From NCBI GenBank assembly GCA_030672285.1, contig DAOVGS010000056.1:1-48329 (forward strand): 48,329 nucleotides of DNA. Reading direction: 5' to 3'. The notes below the pieces were generated by a model. That model was not told the DNA's origin. It was given only the letters and a program-made list of their open reading frames with translations, and did no database searches. This document shows positions 7,713 to 18,165 of the stretch, in pieces (the stretch's first letter is position 1; the number at the start of each line of letters is the position of its first letter). This DNA comes from Hadesarchaea archaeon (lineage in GTDB: Archaea; Hadarchaeota; Hadarchaeia; Hadarchaeales; Hadarchaeaceae). The translations under genes were made by a program, and so were the position numbers.

Positions 7713-9200
7713 TCAAAACTGGATTACTTTTAGTTTTTCCCCTACCTTTTTGCACGCTTCGACGAGTGATTTGCCCCATCGTCGCTCGTCGTTAAACAAA
7801 AGAACCCGCTCGTAACGCCCACCGTACCTCTCGAGAAAGCGAGAAATGGTCTCTGTCACCGATTTGATCTGCACCGCGTCGAGCTCGTGAGGCACCTGAA
7901 ACTGCCCGAGCGGATAAACCTCCTCGAGCTCCTCGGGGACGACGCCAAATGGGGGCACGAGCTTCACGAGGTGGGTCCGCTCGGGTTCCTCGAGCTTCGG
8001 CCACTCTCTCCCAAAAACGGGCAAGAGCATTAAGATAGGCAGCTTGGGCGGCTCATAGCGCTCTTCGAGTCTCTTTCTATGGCGCACGACCTCTGGGCGA
8101 TTCACCGATTCCTCACCGAGGTAGTAGAATGCCGAAGGCTTTGTCACGGGATCAAACCGCTCGATGAAATCTCTATACCTCGTCAACCTCCGAAGCCCAT
8201 CGAGCAGCCGCGGATGGGCGCGACACCGCAACTCGACGTGCTCCCATAAACTCCCCTCGACGATCGCTTGACGGATGCGTCGCAGTTCGCCGAAGGTTAC
8301 ATGAAGATTGTGCCTAGCCAAGAGCTTGACCCGTTCGTCCTGCGGAACGCGCCTGAGCTCATCGAGTGAATACTGCACACAAACAGGGCACTCACATGGT
8401 AGGTAAGATAGCTCCTCGAGGTGAAAGGTCCCCTCCGAGGTCATGTAACGCCCGTCACGCGCGTAGATCACATATGCAGCGGAATCGAAGAGGTCGCAGC
8501 CCATTACCACAGCGAGTGCGAACATCATGGGGTGCCCAGCGCCGAAAAGATGCGCGGGGCGATCGGGTGGCAGATGTTGCTTCGCTGTCATGACGAGATC
8601 CACGAGCTCCGCGTAGCGATATCCCTCGAGCAACTCGACGGGGCTTCCTATCGCGTGCAGTTGATAGTCGAGCTTTCCAACCTCGCGTGCGCTTTGGGCA
8701 ACCAGCTCGCTAAAGAGGCCCCCCTGCACCGGGCCGCACCACACCACCTTAGGGTTGGACCTGAGTTCAACCGCTTGCTTGGCTCGCTCAAGTGTTATCT
8801 GTACCGTCTCAGCTGCACGCTCTTTGGTCGCTTGAACACCGGTCGGGACATCAAGGATAGTCGCGATGTCTGGGGCAATCGCATCCTGATAGCGCACGAT
8901 TTCTTCAGGTGAAACTTCGACGTCCCCATAGCGCAGGATTTGGTAGCCGCCCGAGTCGGTCATGATTGGACCATCATAGCTGAGCGCACCGTGAACCCCC
9001 CGTTTCGCGGCTTCCTCGCCGAAGTGACGAAGCATCAAGTAGGCGTTAGTTATTATCAGTTCAACACCGAACTCGCGCCGCATCTGGTTGGGTGATAGAA
9101 TTACGTCCGATGAATCGATGACAGGCATGAGGGTCGGGGTTGTCACATCGCCGTGAGGGGTGCTAAGTTTACCCACTCGACCCATGCCATCGCGGCACAA
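7713..9200 (-). CDS. tgtA: archaeosine tRNA-guanine(15) transglycosylase (no PUA domain apparent)
   Basis: RDGMGRVGKLSTPHG...TPTLMPV, TDSGGYQ, GAGHPMMFA and the zinc motif CECPVC. TTG start at 9200, with a stop 5 codons upstream. At 495 aa it is shorter than PUA-containing ArcTGTs. Confidence 0.85.
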   Translation of the reverse strand: MCRDGMGRVGKLSTPHGDVTTPTLMPVIDSSDVILSPNQMRREFGVELIITNAYLMLRHFGEEAAKRGVHGALSYDGPIMTDSGGYQILRYGDVEVSPEEIVRYQDAIAPDIATILDVPTGVQATKERAAETVQITLERAKQAVELRSNPKVVWCGPVQGGLFSELVAQSAREVGKLDYQLHAIGSPVELLEGYRYAELVDLVMTAKQHLPPDRPAHLFGAGHPMMFALAVVMGCDLFDSAAYVIYARDGRYMTSEGTFHLEELSYLPCECPVCVQYSLDELRRVPQDERVKLLARHNLHVTFGELRRIRQAIVEGSLWEHVELRCRAHPRLLDGLRRLTRYRDFIERFDPVTKPSAFYYLGEESVNRPEVVRHRKRLEERYEPPKLPILMLLPVFGREWPKLEEPERTHLVKLVPPFGVVPEELEEVYPLGQFQVPHELDAVQIKSVTETISRFLERYGGRYERVLLFNDERRWGKSLVEACKKVGEKLKVIQF

Positions 9201-9273
9201 GATTTGGAAGATTTAATCACCACTACAACTTTGAATAATTCTTACAAAGGCCTTCCGCTTGAAATTCGAAAGC

Positions 9274-10491
9274 TCAACAGACTGGGATTTTTCCTTCAGC
9301 GAGCTCCATGCAAAACTTATCGATGCGCTCGAGCTCCGCGTCCACCACTTCCGCTATCTGCCCCCGGACGCTCTCGATCGTGGTGCCCGACTTCGTGATG
9401 ACCCTGACAGCGGCGATCGCTGGATCATCGATGGGTTTCCCTATCTGACTAACCAACCAAACGTAGACCTCATCCAATCCCGAAACTTGACTGTAAATTT
9501 TGTTCGCGATTCGGTGCGTGAGCAAGTTGTAAATCTTGCCCACGTGGCTAACGGGGTTCTTGCCCGCCGCCGCCTCCGAACCCACATGACGGTTGAGCGG
9601 AATCACACCGTTTGGACGATTGCCCCTCCCAACTTGACCTGAGTCCGCCCCATCAGCGCTAGTCCCGAGCACGGTGAGGTAAACCCCTCCGACGCCCCGT
9701 CCACGCACGTCGAGGGTGTTGAGGTCGAGCTTGATCTTTTTGATATCAGAATTCGCCTCCACGAAGGCGCGCAGCCGTTCGAAGATCTTCCCCTTCTTCC
9801 TGAAGTAATCGTCCTCACTCTCCACGAATCGGTCAACGAAAGCCATACCCACGGTTAGATAGATCTCGTCGTTCTTTCGAAAGCCCATCACCTTGACATC
9901 CTCACCCGACTCCGGGAACTCCTTCTTGAACTCCTTTGAGTTGAGGTAGCGCTCGATCTTTAGTACCAGCTGTTCGGTCCAAGTCATTGGAGCGTAGCTG
10001 ACCGCAGCCGAAGTGTCGTTAGCGCTAAGCACCCTGCCCTTCCGCTTGAAGATGTCCGTGAGTGCCGTAGAGCCTGGCTTGAACTCGACTTGGTAGCGCA
10101 TGTGCTTTTCTGGGTCGACAAACCTCAAATTTTCTTTTATCCAATTCTTCGCCGCGTGAACCGCGATATCATTTACTGATATCCTAGTCCCCCTAACCTC
10201 CTCGGTCGCTCGGTCTCCGAAGATCAAAAGCATTGGTTGCTTCACCTCGCCACCACCAAATCTCGTCTCGACCTCCCCGGCGACGAGCAGCGACTTGTCG
10301 GCATTGTGATGCATGACCGTGCCGAACTTTTTTAAATACTCCTTGCTTAACTCGACTGAAACTCGATCCAAAATCGCATCACATATAAAGTCGGGGTGGC
10401 CAAGGCCCTTTCGCTCAACAACTTCCAACTTCTGCTTCTCGAGAGGTTCCTGCTTGAACTCCTCGACAACTATGTTCCGCACCAAGTTCAA
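9274..10491 (-). CDS. mat: archaeal-type S-adenosylmethionine synthetase
   Basis: 405 aa. N-terminal NIVVE...VERKGLGHPDFICD and overall archaeal MAT architecture. Confidence 0.9.
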   Translation of the reverse strand: MNLVRNIVVEEFKQEPLEKQKLEVVERKGLGHPDFICDAILDRVSVELSKEYLKKFGTVMHHNADKSLLVAGEVETRFGGGEVKQPMLLIFGDRATEEVRGTRISVNDIAVHAAKNWIKENLRFVDPEKHMRYQVEFKPGSTALTDIFKRKGRVLSANDTSAAVSYAPMTWTEQLVLKIERYLNSKEFKKEFPESGEDVKVMGFRKNDEIYLTVGMAFVDRFVESEDDYFRKKGKIFERLRAFVEANSDIKKIKLDLNTLDVRGRGVGGVYLTVLGTSADGADSGQVGRGNRPNGVIPLNRHVGSEAAAGKNPVSHVGKIYNLLTHRIANKIYSQVSGLDEVYVWLVSQIGKPIDDPAIAAVRVITKSGTTIESVRGQIAEVVDAELERIDKFCMELAEGKIPVC

Positions 10492-10570
10492 GCCTCGCGG
10501 ATTTTCGGTCTGCGGGCGAGTTATTTATAGTTTTTGCCCAAAATATAACTAACAGGAATTGGCGATTTAG

Positions 10571-11152
10571 ATGCGAATTTTGAGACCATCCGAGGTGAAG
10601 GTGATGCGCACGAGGTTGGGGCTTACCCAAGTGCAGCTCGCGGAGCTGGCGGGCGTGACCCAAGCCTATATCGCAAAAATCGAAGCAGGTGACGCGGATC
10701 CTCGCATCTCCACCCTTGAAAAAATCTCCAAGGCGCTCGAGCGGGCGACGACCGAGGAAAAGCGTGTGACCGTCGAGCAGATAATGGCCTCGCCGATAGT
10801 GGCCATCAAGTCCGATGACCGAATAGAAAAAGCGATCCGTCTCATGAAATCCTACGACATCTCGCAGCTGCCCGTGCTCGATGGCGAAGCTCAGGTGGGG
10901 TCAATATCCGAGGCGACAATCGTGCACAAAATCGCCGCAGGTGAAAACATGCACAAGCTGCTCAGGCGCAGCATCAGCGAGATGATGGAGGGCCCGCTCC
11001 CTACGGTGGGCAAGGATGTCGATGTCAACGTCGTTTACCCCTTGCTCGAACACGAACCCGCAGTCCTCGTCGTGGAACATGGAAAAGTGACCGGCATCGT
11101 GACCAAAGCTGATCTGTTCAAGCTGGCTGGAAAACTGCGGGCCAAAAGCTGA
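10571..11152 (+). CDS. XRE-type HTH + tandem CBS domain regulator
   Basis: HTH MRTRLGLTQVQLAELAGVTQAYIAKIE followed by CBS-pair-like sequence (SYDISQLPVLD ... VVEHGKVTGIVTKADL). Confidence 0.75.
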   Translation: MRILRPSEVKVMRTRLGLTQVQLAELAGVTQAYIAKIEAGDADPRISTLEKISKALERATTEEKRVTVEQIMASPIVAIKSDDRIEKAIRLMKSYDISQLPVLDGEAQVGSISEATIVHKIAAGENMHKLLRRSISEMMEGPLPTVGKDVDVNVVYPLLEHEPAVLVVEHGKVTGIVTKADLFKLAGKLRAKS

Positions 11153-11200
11153 GCCTCTCGATATTTTTATCCCAGACCCTGAGATTAATATCGGTGTACC

Positions 11201-11914
11201 ATGGCTGAAGTGAGGGAAAGAATCGCGCGATGGATCGCCGGTGACATAACCCTTTCCGACGACGCCGGGGGGGCCCTCAAGCGCTGGCGGGAGCGATTCG
11301 GGATGAGCCAGACCTCGCTCGCCAAGGTGATGCACATCTCTCCCTCGGTAATCAGCGACTACGAGGCCGGGAGGAGAAAATCGCCCGGGGCCGCAACCAT
11401 CAAGCGTGTGGTCGACGCCTTCCTCAAGATCGATGAACAACAGGGGGGAGATGTGTCTAGGACTTTCGCCCAAGTGTTCGGCACCCAGTTGCCGCCCGAC
11501 GTCGTGCTCGAGATCCGGGAGTTCGACGAGCCCACCGATGGAAAGGCAATCTGCAAGGCGGTCGGTGGTAATATCGTCGCGAACAAAGACCTGCTCAGCC
11601 AAAAGCTCTTCGGCTACACCATCATCGACAGCTACAAGGCTGTGCTGGGGCTCTCCGCCGACGATTTTAGGCGCCTATACGGGCTGACCACCGAGCGGGC
11701 GCTGGTTTTCACCGGAGTGACGACTGGGCGTTCCCCCATGGTGGCGGTGAAGGTAATCGGGATAACCCCAGGAATGGTAATTCTGCATGGCGAGCTCAAA
11801 CGCGTCGACGCGCTGGGGGTAAAAATAGCCGAGCTCCTGCGCGTCCCCCTTGTGATATCGAGGCTTCCATCCGTGGGCGACCTGCTTGAGGGACTTCGGA
11901 AGTGCGCCCACTGA
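11201..11914 (+). CDS. XRE-family HTH protein with a conserved archaeal C-terminal domain
   Basis: HTH LKRWRERFGMSQTSLAKVMHISPSVISDYEAGRRK plus a C-terminal domain of about 150 aa. Confidence 0.65.
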   Translation: MAEVRERIARWIAGDITLSDDAGGALKRWRERFGMSQTSLAKVMHISPSVISDYEAGRRKSPGAATIKRVVDAFLKIDEQQGGDVSRTFAQVFGTQLPPDVVLEIREFDEPTDGKAICKAVGGNIVANKDLLSQKLFGYTIIDSYKAVLGLSADDFRRLYGLTTERALVFTGVTTGRSPMVAVKVIGITPGMVILHGELKRVDALGVKIAELLRVPLVISRLPSVGDLLEGLRKCAH

Positions 11915-12022
11915 CCCCAACGGCAATCGCCGATGATTTTTTCGACAATCGAAAGGCTTTTATTGCCCTCGCTTAAGCATAGACATAAAAATTAGTATTC
12001 GAAGCAAAAGGTGACCTTACTA

Positions 12023-13069
12023 ATGGATGTTGGAATAGTTGGCTACGGCGTTTACATCCCCTGGTACCGCATCCGAGTCGAGGAAATAGCCAAGGTCTGG
12101 GGGGATGATCCCGAGAATATCAAGCGCGGACTTTTGGTCGAGGAAAAATCCGTCCCGGGGCCCGACGAGGACACCGCCACCATCGCAGTCGAGGCCGCGC
12201 GCAACGCCGTGAAACAGGCTGGCATCGACCCACAGGGCATCGGGGCAATCTACGTCGGCTCGGAGTCCCACCCATATGCTGTTAAACCCACCGCCACCAT
12301 CGTAGCTGAGGCCATCGAGGCCACCCCAGACCTCACCGCCGCCGACTACGAATTCGCCTGTAAGGCCGGCACGGCGGGCATCCAAACCTGCATGGGGGCC
12401 GTCGAGGCTGGCATGATAAAATACGGCATGGCGATTGGATCGGACACCGCCCAAGGCGCCCCGGGGGATCCCCTTGAATACACCGCTGCGGCCGGGGGCT
12501 GTGCCTTCATCGTGGGTAAGAACGGAAGCGAAACCCTAGCGACGATCGATGACACCTACTCCTACACCACCGACACGCCCGACTTCTGGCGCCGGGATAT
12601 GCGGCCCTACCCCAAACACGGGGGACGATTCACCGGAAAGCCCGCCTACTTCAAACACGTGCTCTCCGCAGCCAACGGCTTGCTCCGTAAGCTCCAGCTC
12701 ACCCCCCAAGATTTCGCGTACGTGGTCTTCCACCAACCCAACGGAAAATTCCCCATGCACGCGGCCGAGGAGCTCGGCTTCTCAAAGGAACAGGTGGTAC
12801 CTGGCCTGCTGGCACCGAAAATAGGCAACACTTATTCTGGGTCGGCCATGATGGGTCTCGCCGCGGTCCTCGACCAGGCCAAACCCGGGGAGCGAATCCT
12901 CGTGGTCTCCTACGGCTCGGGCGCCGGGAGCGATGCCTTCAGCATCGTCGTGCGCGACACCATAGAGAAAAAACGGAATGCGGCGCCCAAAGTGCTCGAT
13001 TACGTGAATCGAAAGGTTAACATCGACTACGCTGCCTATGTGAAATTTAGGAGATTACTGGTGAAGTAA
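12023..13069 (+). CDS. hydroxymethylglutaryl-CoA synthase (archaeal)
   Basis: [13 protein letters not shown]..., active-site context [17 protein letters not shown] and [11 protein letters not shown]. The ATG at 12023 is preceded by AAGGTGA. Confidence 0.85.
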   Translation: MDVGIVGYGVYIPWYRIRVEEIAKVWGDDPENIKRGLLVEEKSVPGPDEDTATIAVEAARNAVKQAGIDPQGIGAIYVGSESHPYAVKPTATIVAEAIEATPDLTAADYEFACKAGTAGIQTCMGAVEAGMIKYGMAIGSDTAQGAPGDPLEYTAAAGGCAFIVGKNGSETLATIDDTYSYTTDTPDFWRRDMRPYPKHGGRFTGKPAYFKHVLSAANGLLRKLQLTPQDFAYVVFHQPNGKFPMHAAEELGFSKEQVVPGLLAPKIGNTYSGSAMMGLAAVLDQAKPGERILVVSYGSGAGSDAFSIVVRDTIEKKRNAAPKVLDYVNRKVNIDYAAYVKFRRLLVK

Positions 13070-14233
13070 ATGCGCGATGTCGCAGTGATAGGTGTGGGCT
13101 TGACGAAGTTCGGCGAGCTCTGGGATCTCTCGTTCAGGCAGATGATGATGGAAGCGGGTGCTCGAGCGATCGAGGATGCCGAGATCGATGGAAAACAGAT
13201 TGATGCAATGTACGTGGGGAATATGTCGTCCGGTCAATTCATCCGCCAAGAGCACATCTCCTCAATCGTCGCGGATCACGCGGGGCTCGTGCCCGTCCCC
13301 TCCACGCGCGTCGAAGGGGCCTGCGCGTCGGGCGGGCTAGCGCTCCGTCAGGCGGTGATCGCCGTCGCCTCGGGTATCCACGACATCGTCGTCGCGGCCG
13401 GCATAGAGAAGATGACCGATGTGCTGACTGGGCAGGCGACGGGGGCGCTCGCGACCGCCGCCGATCAGGAATGGGAGGTATACGTGGGCGCCACTTTCCC
13501 GAGCCTCTACGCGCTAATGGCTCGCCGCCACATGTACGAGTTCGGAACCACGGAACAACAGATGGCGATGGTGGCGGTCAAAAATCACCACAATGCACGC
13601 TTCAACACCTGTGCGCAATATCAGACGGAAATAACCGTCGAGGATGTGTTGAAATCGCCACTGGTTACCTCGCCCATAAAATTGCTCGATTGCTCCCCGA
13701 TCACCGATGGCGCCGCCTGCGTAATCCTCGCTCCAGCGGAGAAAGCGCGGAAGTTCACCGATATCCCAATCCTAGTCGCCGGTACTGGGCAGGCAAGCGA
13801 CACCATCTCACTCCACAGCCGCTCCTCGCTCACGAGCCTGCGGGCGACCATCGAGGCCACGCGGACGGCGTACAAGATGGCTAGCGTCAAGCCCGATGAT
13901 ATCGACCTCGTGGAAGTTCACGACTGTTTTACCATCGCGGAGATAATAGCGATCGAGGACCTGGGGTTCTGCAAGAAGGGTGAAGGGGGCAAGGTGACCG
14001 AGCAGGGAGAAACCGCGATAGGTGGGCGGATCCCCGTGAACACGAGCGGCGGGCTCAAAGGCAAGGGGCACCCCGTGGGCGCTACCGGCATCGCGCAGGC
14101 CGTGGAGATCGTGCAGCAGCTTCGAGGCGAGGCCGGCAAGCGTCAGGTCGATGGGGCGGAGGTCGGGCTGACGCACAACGTTGGGGGCTCGGGAGGTACC
14201 GCGGTCGTGCATGTGCTAAGGAGGGGTGATTAG
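13070..14233 (+). CDS. acetyl-CoA C-acetyltransferase (archaeal thiolase)
   Basis: VEGACASGG active-site Cys, [23 protein letters not shown]. Confidence 0.85.
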   Translation: MRDVAVIGVGLTKFGELWDLSFRQMMMEAGARAIEDAEIDGKQIDAMYVGNMSSGQFIRQEHISSIVADHAGLVPVPSTRVEGACASGGLALRQAVIAVASGIHDIVVAAGIEKMTDVLTGQATGALATAADQEWEVYVGATFPSLYALMARRHMYEFGTTEQQMAMVAVKNHHNARFNTCAQYQTEITVEDVLKSPLVTSPIKLLDCSPITDGAACVILAPAEKARKFTDIPILVAGTGQASDTISLHSRSSLTSLRATIEATRTAYKMASVKPDDIDLVEVHDCFTIAEIIAIEDLGFCKKGEGGKVTEQGETAIGGRIPVNTSGGLKGKGHPVGATGIAQAVEIVQQLRGEAGKRQVDGAEVGLTHNVGGSGGTAVVHVLRRGD

Positions 14234-14234
14234 G

Positions 14235-14627
14235 ATGGCCGTCCCGCGCTTCTGGCGAGAGATACCCAACCGCTACAACCTCGTGGGCGCGCGCTGCGGC
14301 AACTGCAACAAAGTCCTCTTCCCGCCGCGCTACATCTGCCCCTACTGCCGGCGGATGGGCAAGCTGGAGCCTTACCGACTCAAGCGCCGGGGCAAGGTTC
14401 TCTCCTACACGGTTGTGCACATCGCCGCAAATGGCTTCGAGGATCAGGCACCCTACTTGCTCGCGATCATCGAGCTCGAGGATGGCCCTCGCCTGACCGC
14501 CCAAATCACCGACTGCAACCCGGATGAGATCAAGATAGGCGATGAAGTCGAGATGATCTTCAGGCGGATGGGGGAGGAAAGTCAAGACGGGGTTATCTAT
14601 TATGGTTTTAAAGCTCGCCGGATCTGA
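14235..14627 (+). CDS. DUF35 OB-fold / zinc-ribbon protein (scaffold of the thiolase/HMGCS complex)
   Basis: Zinc ribbon CGNC...CPYC followed by an OB-fold-like region. The ATG at 14235 is preceded by AGGAGGGGTGAT. Its position after the thiolase gene matches the known archaeal trio. Confidence 0.8.
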   Translation: MAVPRFWREIPNRYNLVGARCGNCNKVLFPPRYICPYCRRMGKLEPYRLKRRGKVLSYTVVHIAANGFEDQAPYLLAIIELEDGPRLTAQITDCNPDEIKIGDEVEMIFRRMGEESQDGVIYYGFKARRI

Positions 14628-14667
14628 TTGGACACTATTTATGCGTGACTAAACTTGATTAAGGAAT

Positions 14668-15423
14668 CTATACCCGCCGTGCGAACGTTAGGTAGCCCGT
14701 ATGCGCAATCATCCGCGTCTTTGGGCGGGTGCAGCTTGGCTTGACCTCGAATTCCCGAACGAGGCACTCGATGGTCTTGGGGTGGACGAAGCGGTAATTT
14801 GGCAGCTCCCGGTAGAAGCGCTGCAAATGTTCAACGCAGGGGGCAAATGTCATAATGTGACCGCCCGGCTTCAGGGCCCGCTCCGCATGCGGCAGCACGC
14901 GCTCGGGCTGGGGAAGGTCAAGTATCACTAAATCGATATCGCTCTCGTCAATGCCCTCGTAGATGTCTTTTAGCTTCACCGTTACGATATCGCCGAGTCC
15001 CGCCATGCTGACATTCTCCCCCGCCACGCGCGCGAAATCCTCCCGCACCTCGTAGCTCACCACGCGCCCGTTGGGTCGAACAAGGTTGCCCAGAAAAATC
15101 GCGAGCGAACCCGACCCCACGCCCGCATCGACGATCAAATCGCCCGGGCCCACGCCGGTATATGCGACGATCTGCGCGGCATCTTTGGGCAACATTATCT
15201 GAGGGACGCGGCGGAGCTTCTGGAGGTAATCGGTGATGCGCGGCTTTAGTAGGATGAACTCCTTTCCAACGTGTGATTTTAACCTCGCCCCAAGCTCCTG
15301 CCCGATGGCCTCGCCCAACTCGACGACCCCTAGGTCCGTGTGGAGCTGCCTCCGCTCAGCCTTGACGAGATACTTCCTGCCCCGCTCGTCGATGAGGATT
15401 ATCCGCTCGCATTCTTCGATCAT
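14668..15423 (-). CDS. trmI: tRNA (adenine-N1)-methyltransferase TrmI
   Basis: GCD14/TrmI layout with SAM motif VDAGVGSGSL, then DLVILDLPQP. Confidence 0.8.
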   Translation of the reverse strand: MIEECERIILIDERGRKYLVKAERRQLHTDLGVVELGEAIGQELGARLKSHVGKEFILLKPRITDYLQKLRRVPQIMLPKDAAQIVAYTGVGPGDLIVDAGVGSGSLAIFLGNLVRPNGRVVSYEVREDFARVAGENVSMAGLGDIVTVKLKDIYEGIDESDIDLVILDLPQPERVLPHAERALKPGGHIMTFAPCVEHLQRFYRELPNYRFVHPKTIECLVREFEVKPSCTRPKTRMIAHTGYLTFARRV

Positions 15424-15479
15424 CTGGCACACCTCGCCGAGTTATATATCGTCCACCTAAAATAACAAGAGGGTTTATC

Positions 15480-16352
15480 ATGGACCTCGTTTGGCCACAG
15501 CAGCGCTTGAACGACCGTCAGCTGATTGCGATCCCTCTAGTGATAATCGCGGTCCTGACGCTCTCCTTGATCGTGCTAGGCGTGCCACTGAGCAGGGATT
15601 TCAAAGGGGGGTCGCTGATCAGGGTAGAGGGGCCGGAAAACGTCCTCGAAGTGGGTCCGGTTGAAATCGCCATCGAAAATTTGCTCAGCGGCGATGCCGA
15701 TGTCAAAATCATCGAGAAAGGCCTAGATATAGAAACCGACAACGTGCTGGGTGAAAGCGAAAAACTCCTCGTCAAGGGAATGTTCTCTCAGCAATTTGGC
15801 ATTTCGGAGAACGCGGTCACCATACAAACTATGAGTGCGACCATCACCAGCCTTCACTCCGAGCAGGCCCGAAACGCCGTGATCGGCGCCTTCGTCGCGA
15901 TGGGTATCATCATCTTCATCGCCTTCCGACGTCGCATCACGGTGGGGGCGATTCTGCTCGCCGTGGGGCTCGACATACTGGGGGTCTTCGGGTGCATGGC
16001 CCTCTTCGGCGTCAAACTCAGCTTGGCATCGGTCGCGGGCCTGCTGATGCTCATCGGCTACGCCGTCGATACTAACATCCTGCTCACCACGCGCGTGCTC
16101 AAGCGGGTGGGTGGCGAGCCTAGGGAGCGGGTGGTCGATGCGATGCGCACGGGCCTGATGATGAGCGGCAGCACACTCACCCCTCTCTTCGCCCTCAACC
16201 TCCTTACGACGGCGCCCCCGCTTTACGAACTGACCGCCGTGCTCATCTTCGGCATAATTATCGACATTTTTAACACGTGGTTTTTGAACGCCGCTATCAT
16301 CTCGCGCTACGTCGAACGACAACGGAGGAAAGAGTACCATGCCAGTATTTAA
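15480..16352 (+). CDS. secF: protein-export membrane protein SecF
   Basis: 290 aa. N-terminal TM, a periplasmic domain and a C-terminal bundle of about 5 TMs. Overlaps the secD start. Confidence 0.8.
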   Translation: MDLVWPQQRLNDRQLIAIPLVIIAVLTLSLIVLGVPLSRDFKGGSLIRVEGPENVLEVGPVEIAIENLLSGDADVKIIEKGLDIETDNVLGESEKLLVKGMFSQQFGISENAVTIQTMSATITSLHSEQARNAVIGAFVAMGIIIFIAFRRRITVGAILLAVGLDILGVFGCMALFGVKLSLASVAGLLMLIGYAVDTNILLTTRVLKRVGGEPRERVVDAMRTGLMMSGSTLTPLFALNLLTTAPPLYELTAVLIFGIIIDIFNTWFLNAAIISRYVERQRRKEYHASI

Positions 16353-18165
16353 GGAGCGACGCATCGCGCTGCTACTTGTCGCAGTTTTTCTGTCCGCTAT
16401 GTTGGTCTGGGGCCCTTGGGGAGCGATCGATCCAAAGACGGAGGAAGCGTTGGGGTGGCCAAGCCAATATACACGTGGCCTCCGCTTTGGGGTCGACATC
16501 ATCGGTGGTTCCAGAATTATACTTAAACTCGAAGCATCACATATCACGATTGAACTTGCCACGGAAAATACAGATCAAGCCTATGCAAACATTCGCGCCA
16601 TATTTGAGGAGAATTTATACACAAGCGTAATCCCAATCGACCCTGAGAGTGGCCTGTGGATCGAGGAAGGTCCACCTTATGATCCGAGTACTCGCATCGT
16701 CGCGGTCGAAATTGGTGTGCCTGTTACCGAAAACCAAATTGAGAATCTCATAGGTGATTACGGCGAAGTGTTAAATGTTGAAAGTAAAATCAGCGAAAAA
16801 TGGCGGGATGAAGTAAAGGATTCCCTTCAAGCGCGCGTCGACCCTCTCGGAACACTCGGCGTGCAATTCAGATCTTTAGGTGCAAATCTTATACTTTTCG
16901 AGGCTGCTGGACTTACACCGGAAGAGGCAAAGGAATTGCTGGGTCACCAAGGGCGACTTGAAATATTCATCGAAAATGTGCTTGTTTTAAGTAGTGAGGA
17001 CATCGGGCCTGTCGATCTAGTCGAGTACAGCCTGGAGCACCAGAGCTGGGTTGTACCTTTCAGGCTCATTGGCGAAGGGCCAGAAAAATGGAGGATTTAT
17101 TCAAGCGGGAAAGCAGGCTATCCAACTGGCATTTATCTCGATCGGCCCTTTGATGCCATCGTAATTCTAAGTCAGCAGTTGCGGGAAAACGCAGGTTTGA
17201 TTTATGACGAGAATGCACGAATGCTTTATCTCGACCCTACGCTCCCCTTACTCGTCGACGCTGTGGAATTTCAAGAAAATTTTTCGTATGACGCACTTGA
17301 ATTTTTGTACGAGCAACGGGGGGTAAAGACCCGAATCATTCTGCTCGGTGAAGAAGCAGATTTTAAAAACGTGCTCGGGACTATCGAAAACCTTGGTTAT
17401 CCTTCAATCGAAAATGCGCCAGAGCGACGTGAAGATTGGTCGCTCTTTAAATGGGTGCTAGAAACATGTGGACTAAAATCAATGCCCATCATTTCCGAGG
17501 GAGTCGCTGGTAAGTCTGAAACTAGAATGGTCATTACAACGGGAGGGGGGGAGGAAGATGAGAAGGAAGCTAAGATTTTAAGAGAGGTTCTAGCTCGAAG
17601 GTTGCCCGTTAGGATTTCATATGAAAGTGAAACCTCAATAGAGGCTCGCTTGGGTGTTGAATTCCTGAAGGAGGCCCTCATCGCTGGAATAGTCGCGCTA
17701 CTGGGGGTTTGGATCCTTGTCTACTCCCGGTACCGGCACTGGCTCATCGGCCTCGCGATTATTGGGACCATGATCTGCGAACTCATCATTACACTCGGCG
17801 CGGCATCGGTGCTCGGCTGGACCATTGGGCTGCCCGAGCTCGGGGCTCTAATCATCGTCATCGGCACCGGCATCGACCACCAAATCATTATAACCGACGA
17901 AGTGCTCCGGGGTGGCCTGCCTGGTGCAAAGATGGTGAGCTTGAGCGCGAGGGTTTCGCGAGCGTTCGCGGTGATTTTTGTTGCGGTTGCGACGACAATC
18001 GCGGCCATGACATTGCTCGCCATCATGGGCTTCGGACAGATGCGCGGTTTCGCACTCATCATAATTACGGGATTGCTTATCGCTGTGCTCGTGACGCGGC
18101 CCGCCTACGCCAGGATGGTCAGCGCCATCGTAATGCGGAGGCAGTCAAAAGCGATAAGTAGCTAA
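16339..18165 (+). CDS. secD: protein-export membrane protein SecD (large extracytoplasmic domain)
   Basis: 608 aa. N-terminal TM, then a soluble domain of about 400 aa. The C-terminal TM bundle carries the GTGIDHQIIITDE motif. Confidence 0.8.
   Translation: MPVFKERRIALLLVAVFLSAMLVWGPWGAIDPKTEEALGWPSQYTRGLRFGVDIIGGSRIILKLEASHITIELATENTDQAYANIRAIFEENLYTSVIPIDPESGLWIEEGPPYDPSTRIVAVEIGVPVTENQIENLIGDYGEVLNVESKISEKWRDEVKDSLQARVDPLGTLGVQFRSLGANLILFEAAGLTPEEAKELLGHQGRLEIFIENVLVLSSEDIGPVDLVEYSLEHQSWVVPFRLIGEGPEKWRIYSSGKAGYPTGIYLDRPFDAIVILSQQLRENAGLIYDENARMLYLDPTLPLLVDAVEFQENFSYDALEFLYEQRGVKTRIILLGEEADFKNVLGTIENLGYPSIENAPERREDWSLFKWVLETCGLKSMPIISEGVAGKSETRMVITTGGGEEDEKEAKILREVLARRLPVRISYESETSIEARLGVEFLKEALIAGIVALLGVWILVYSRYRHWLIGLAIIGTMICELIITLGAASVLGWTIGLPELGALIIVIGTGIDHQIIITDEVLRGGLPGAKMVSLSARVSRAFAVIFVAVATTIAAMTLLAIMGFGQMRGFALIIITGLLIAVLVTRPAYARMVSAIVMRRQSKAISS

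Noticed and set aside
10901-11602. Long antisense ORFs: 10901-11602 (-), 15723-16562 (-), 26722-27420 (-), 35804-36619 (+), 37394-37933 (-), 38711-39478 (+), and many of 60-160 aa
   Set aside because: Each lies opposite a gene with strong family motifs. Their products are Arg/Gly/Pro/His-rich low-complexity sequence, typical of the reverse frame of G+C-rich coding DNA. One even spans an intergenic gap between two real genes.
16450-17700. A/T-rich central part of secD as a horizontally inserted segment
   Set aside because: The composition shift coincides with the soluble extracytoplasmic domain. That domain is rich in Lys/Glu/Asn/Ile codons, whereas the flanks are Gly/Ala/Leu-rich TM helices. 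Amino-acid usage explains it without invoking transfer.
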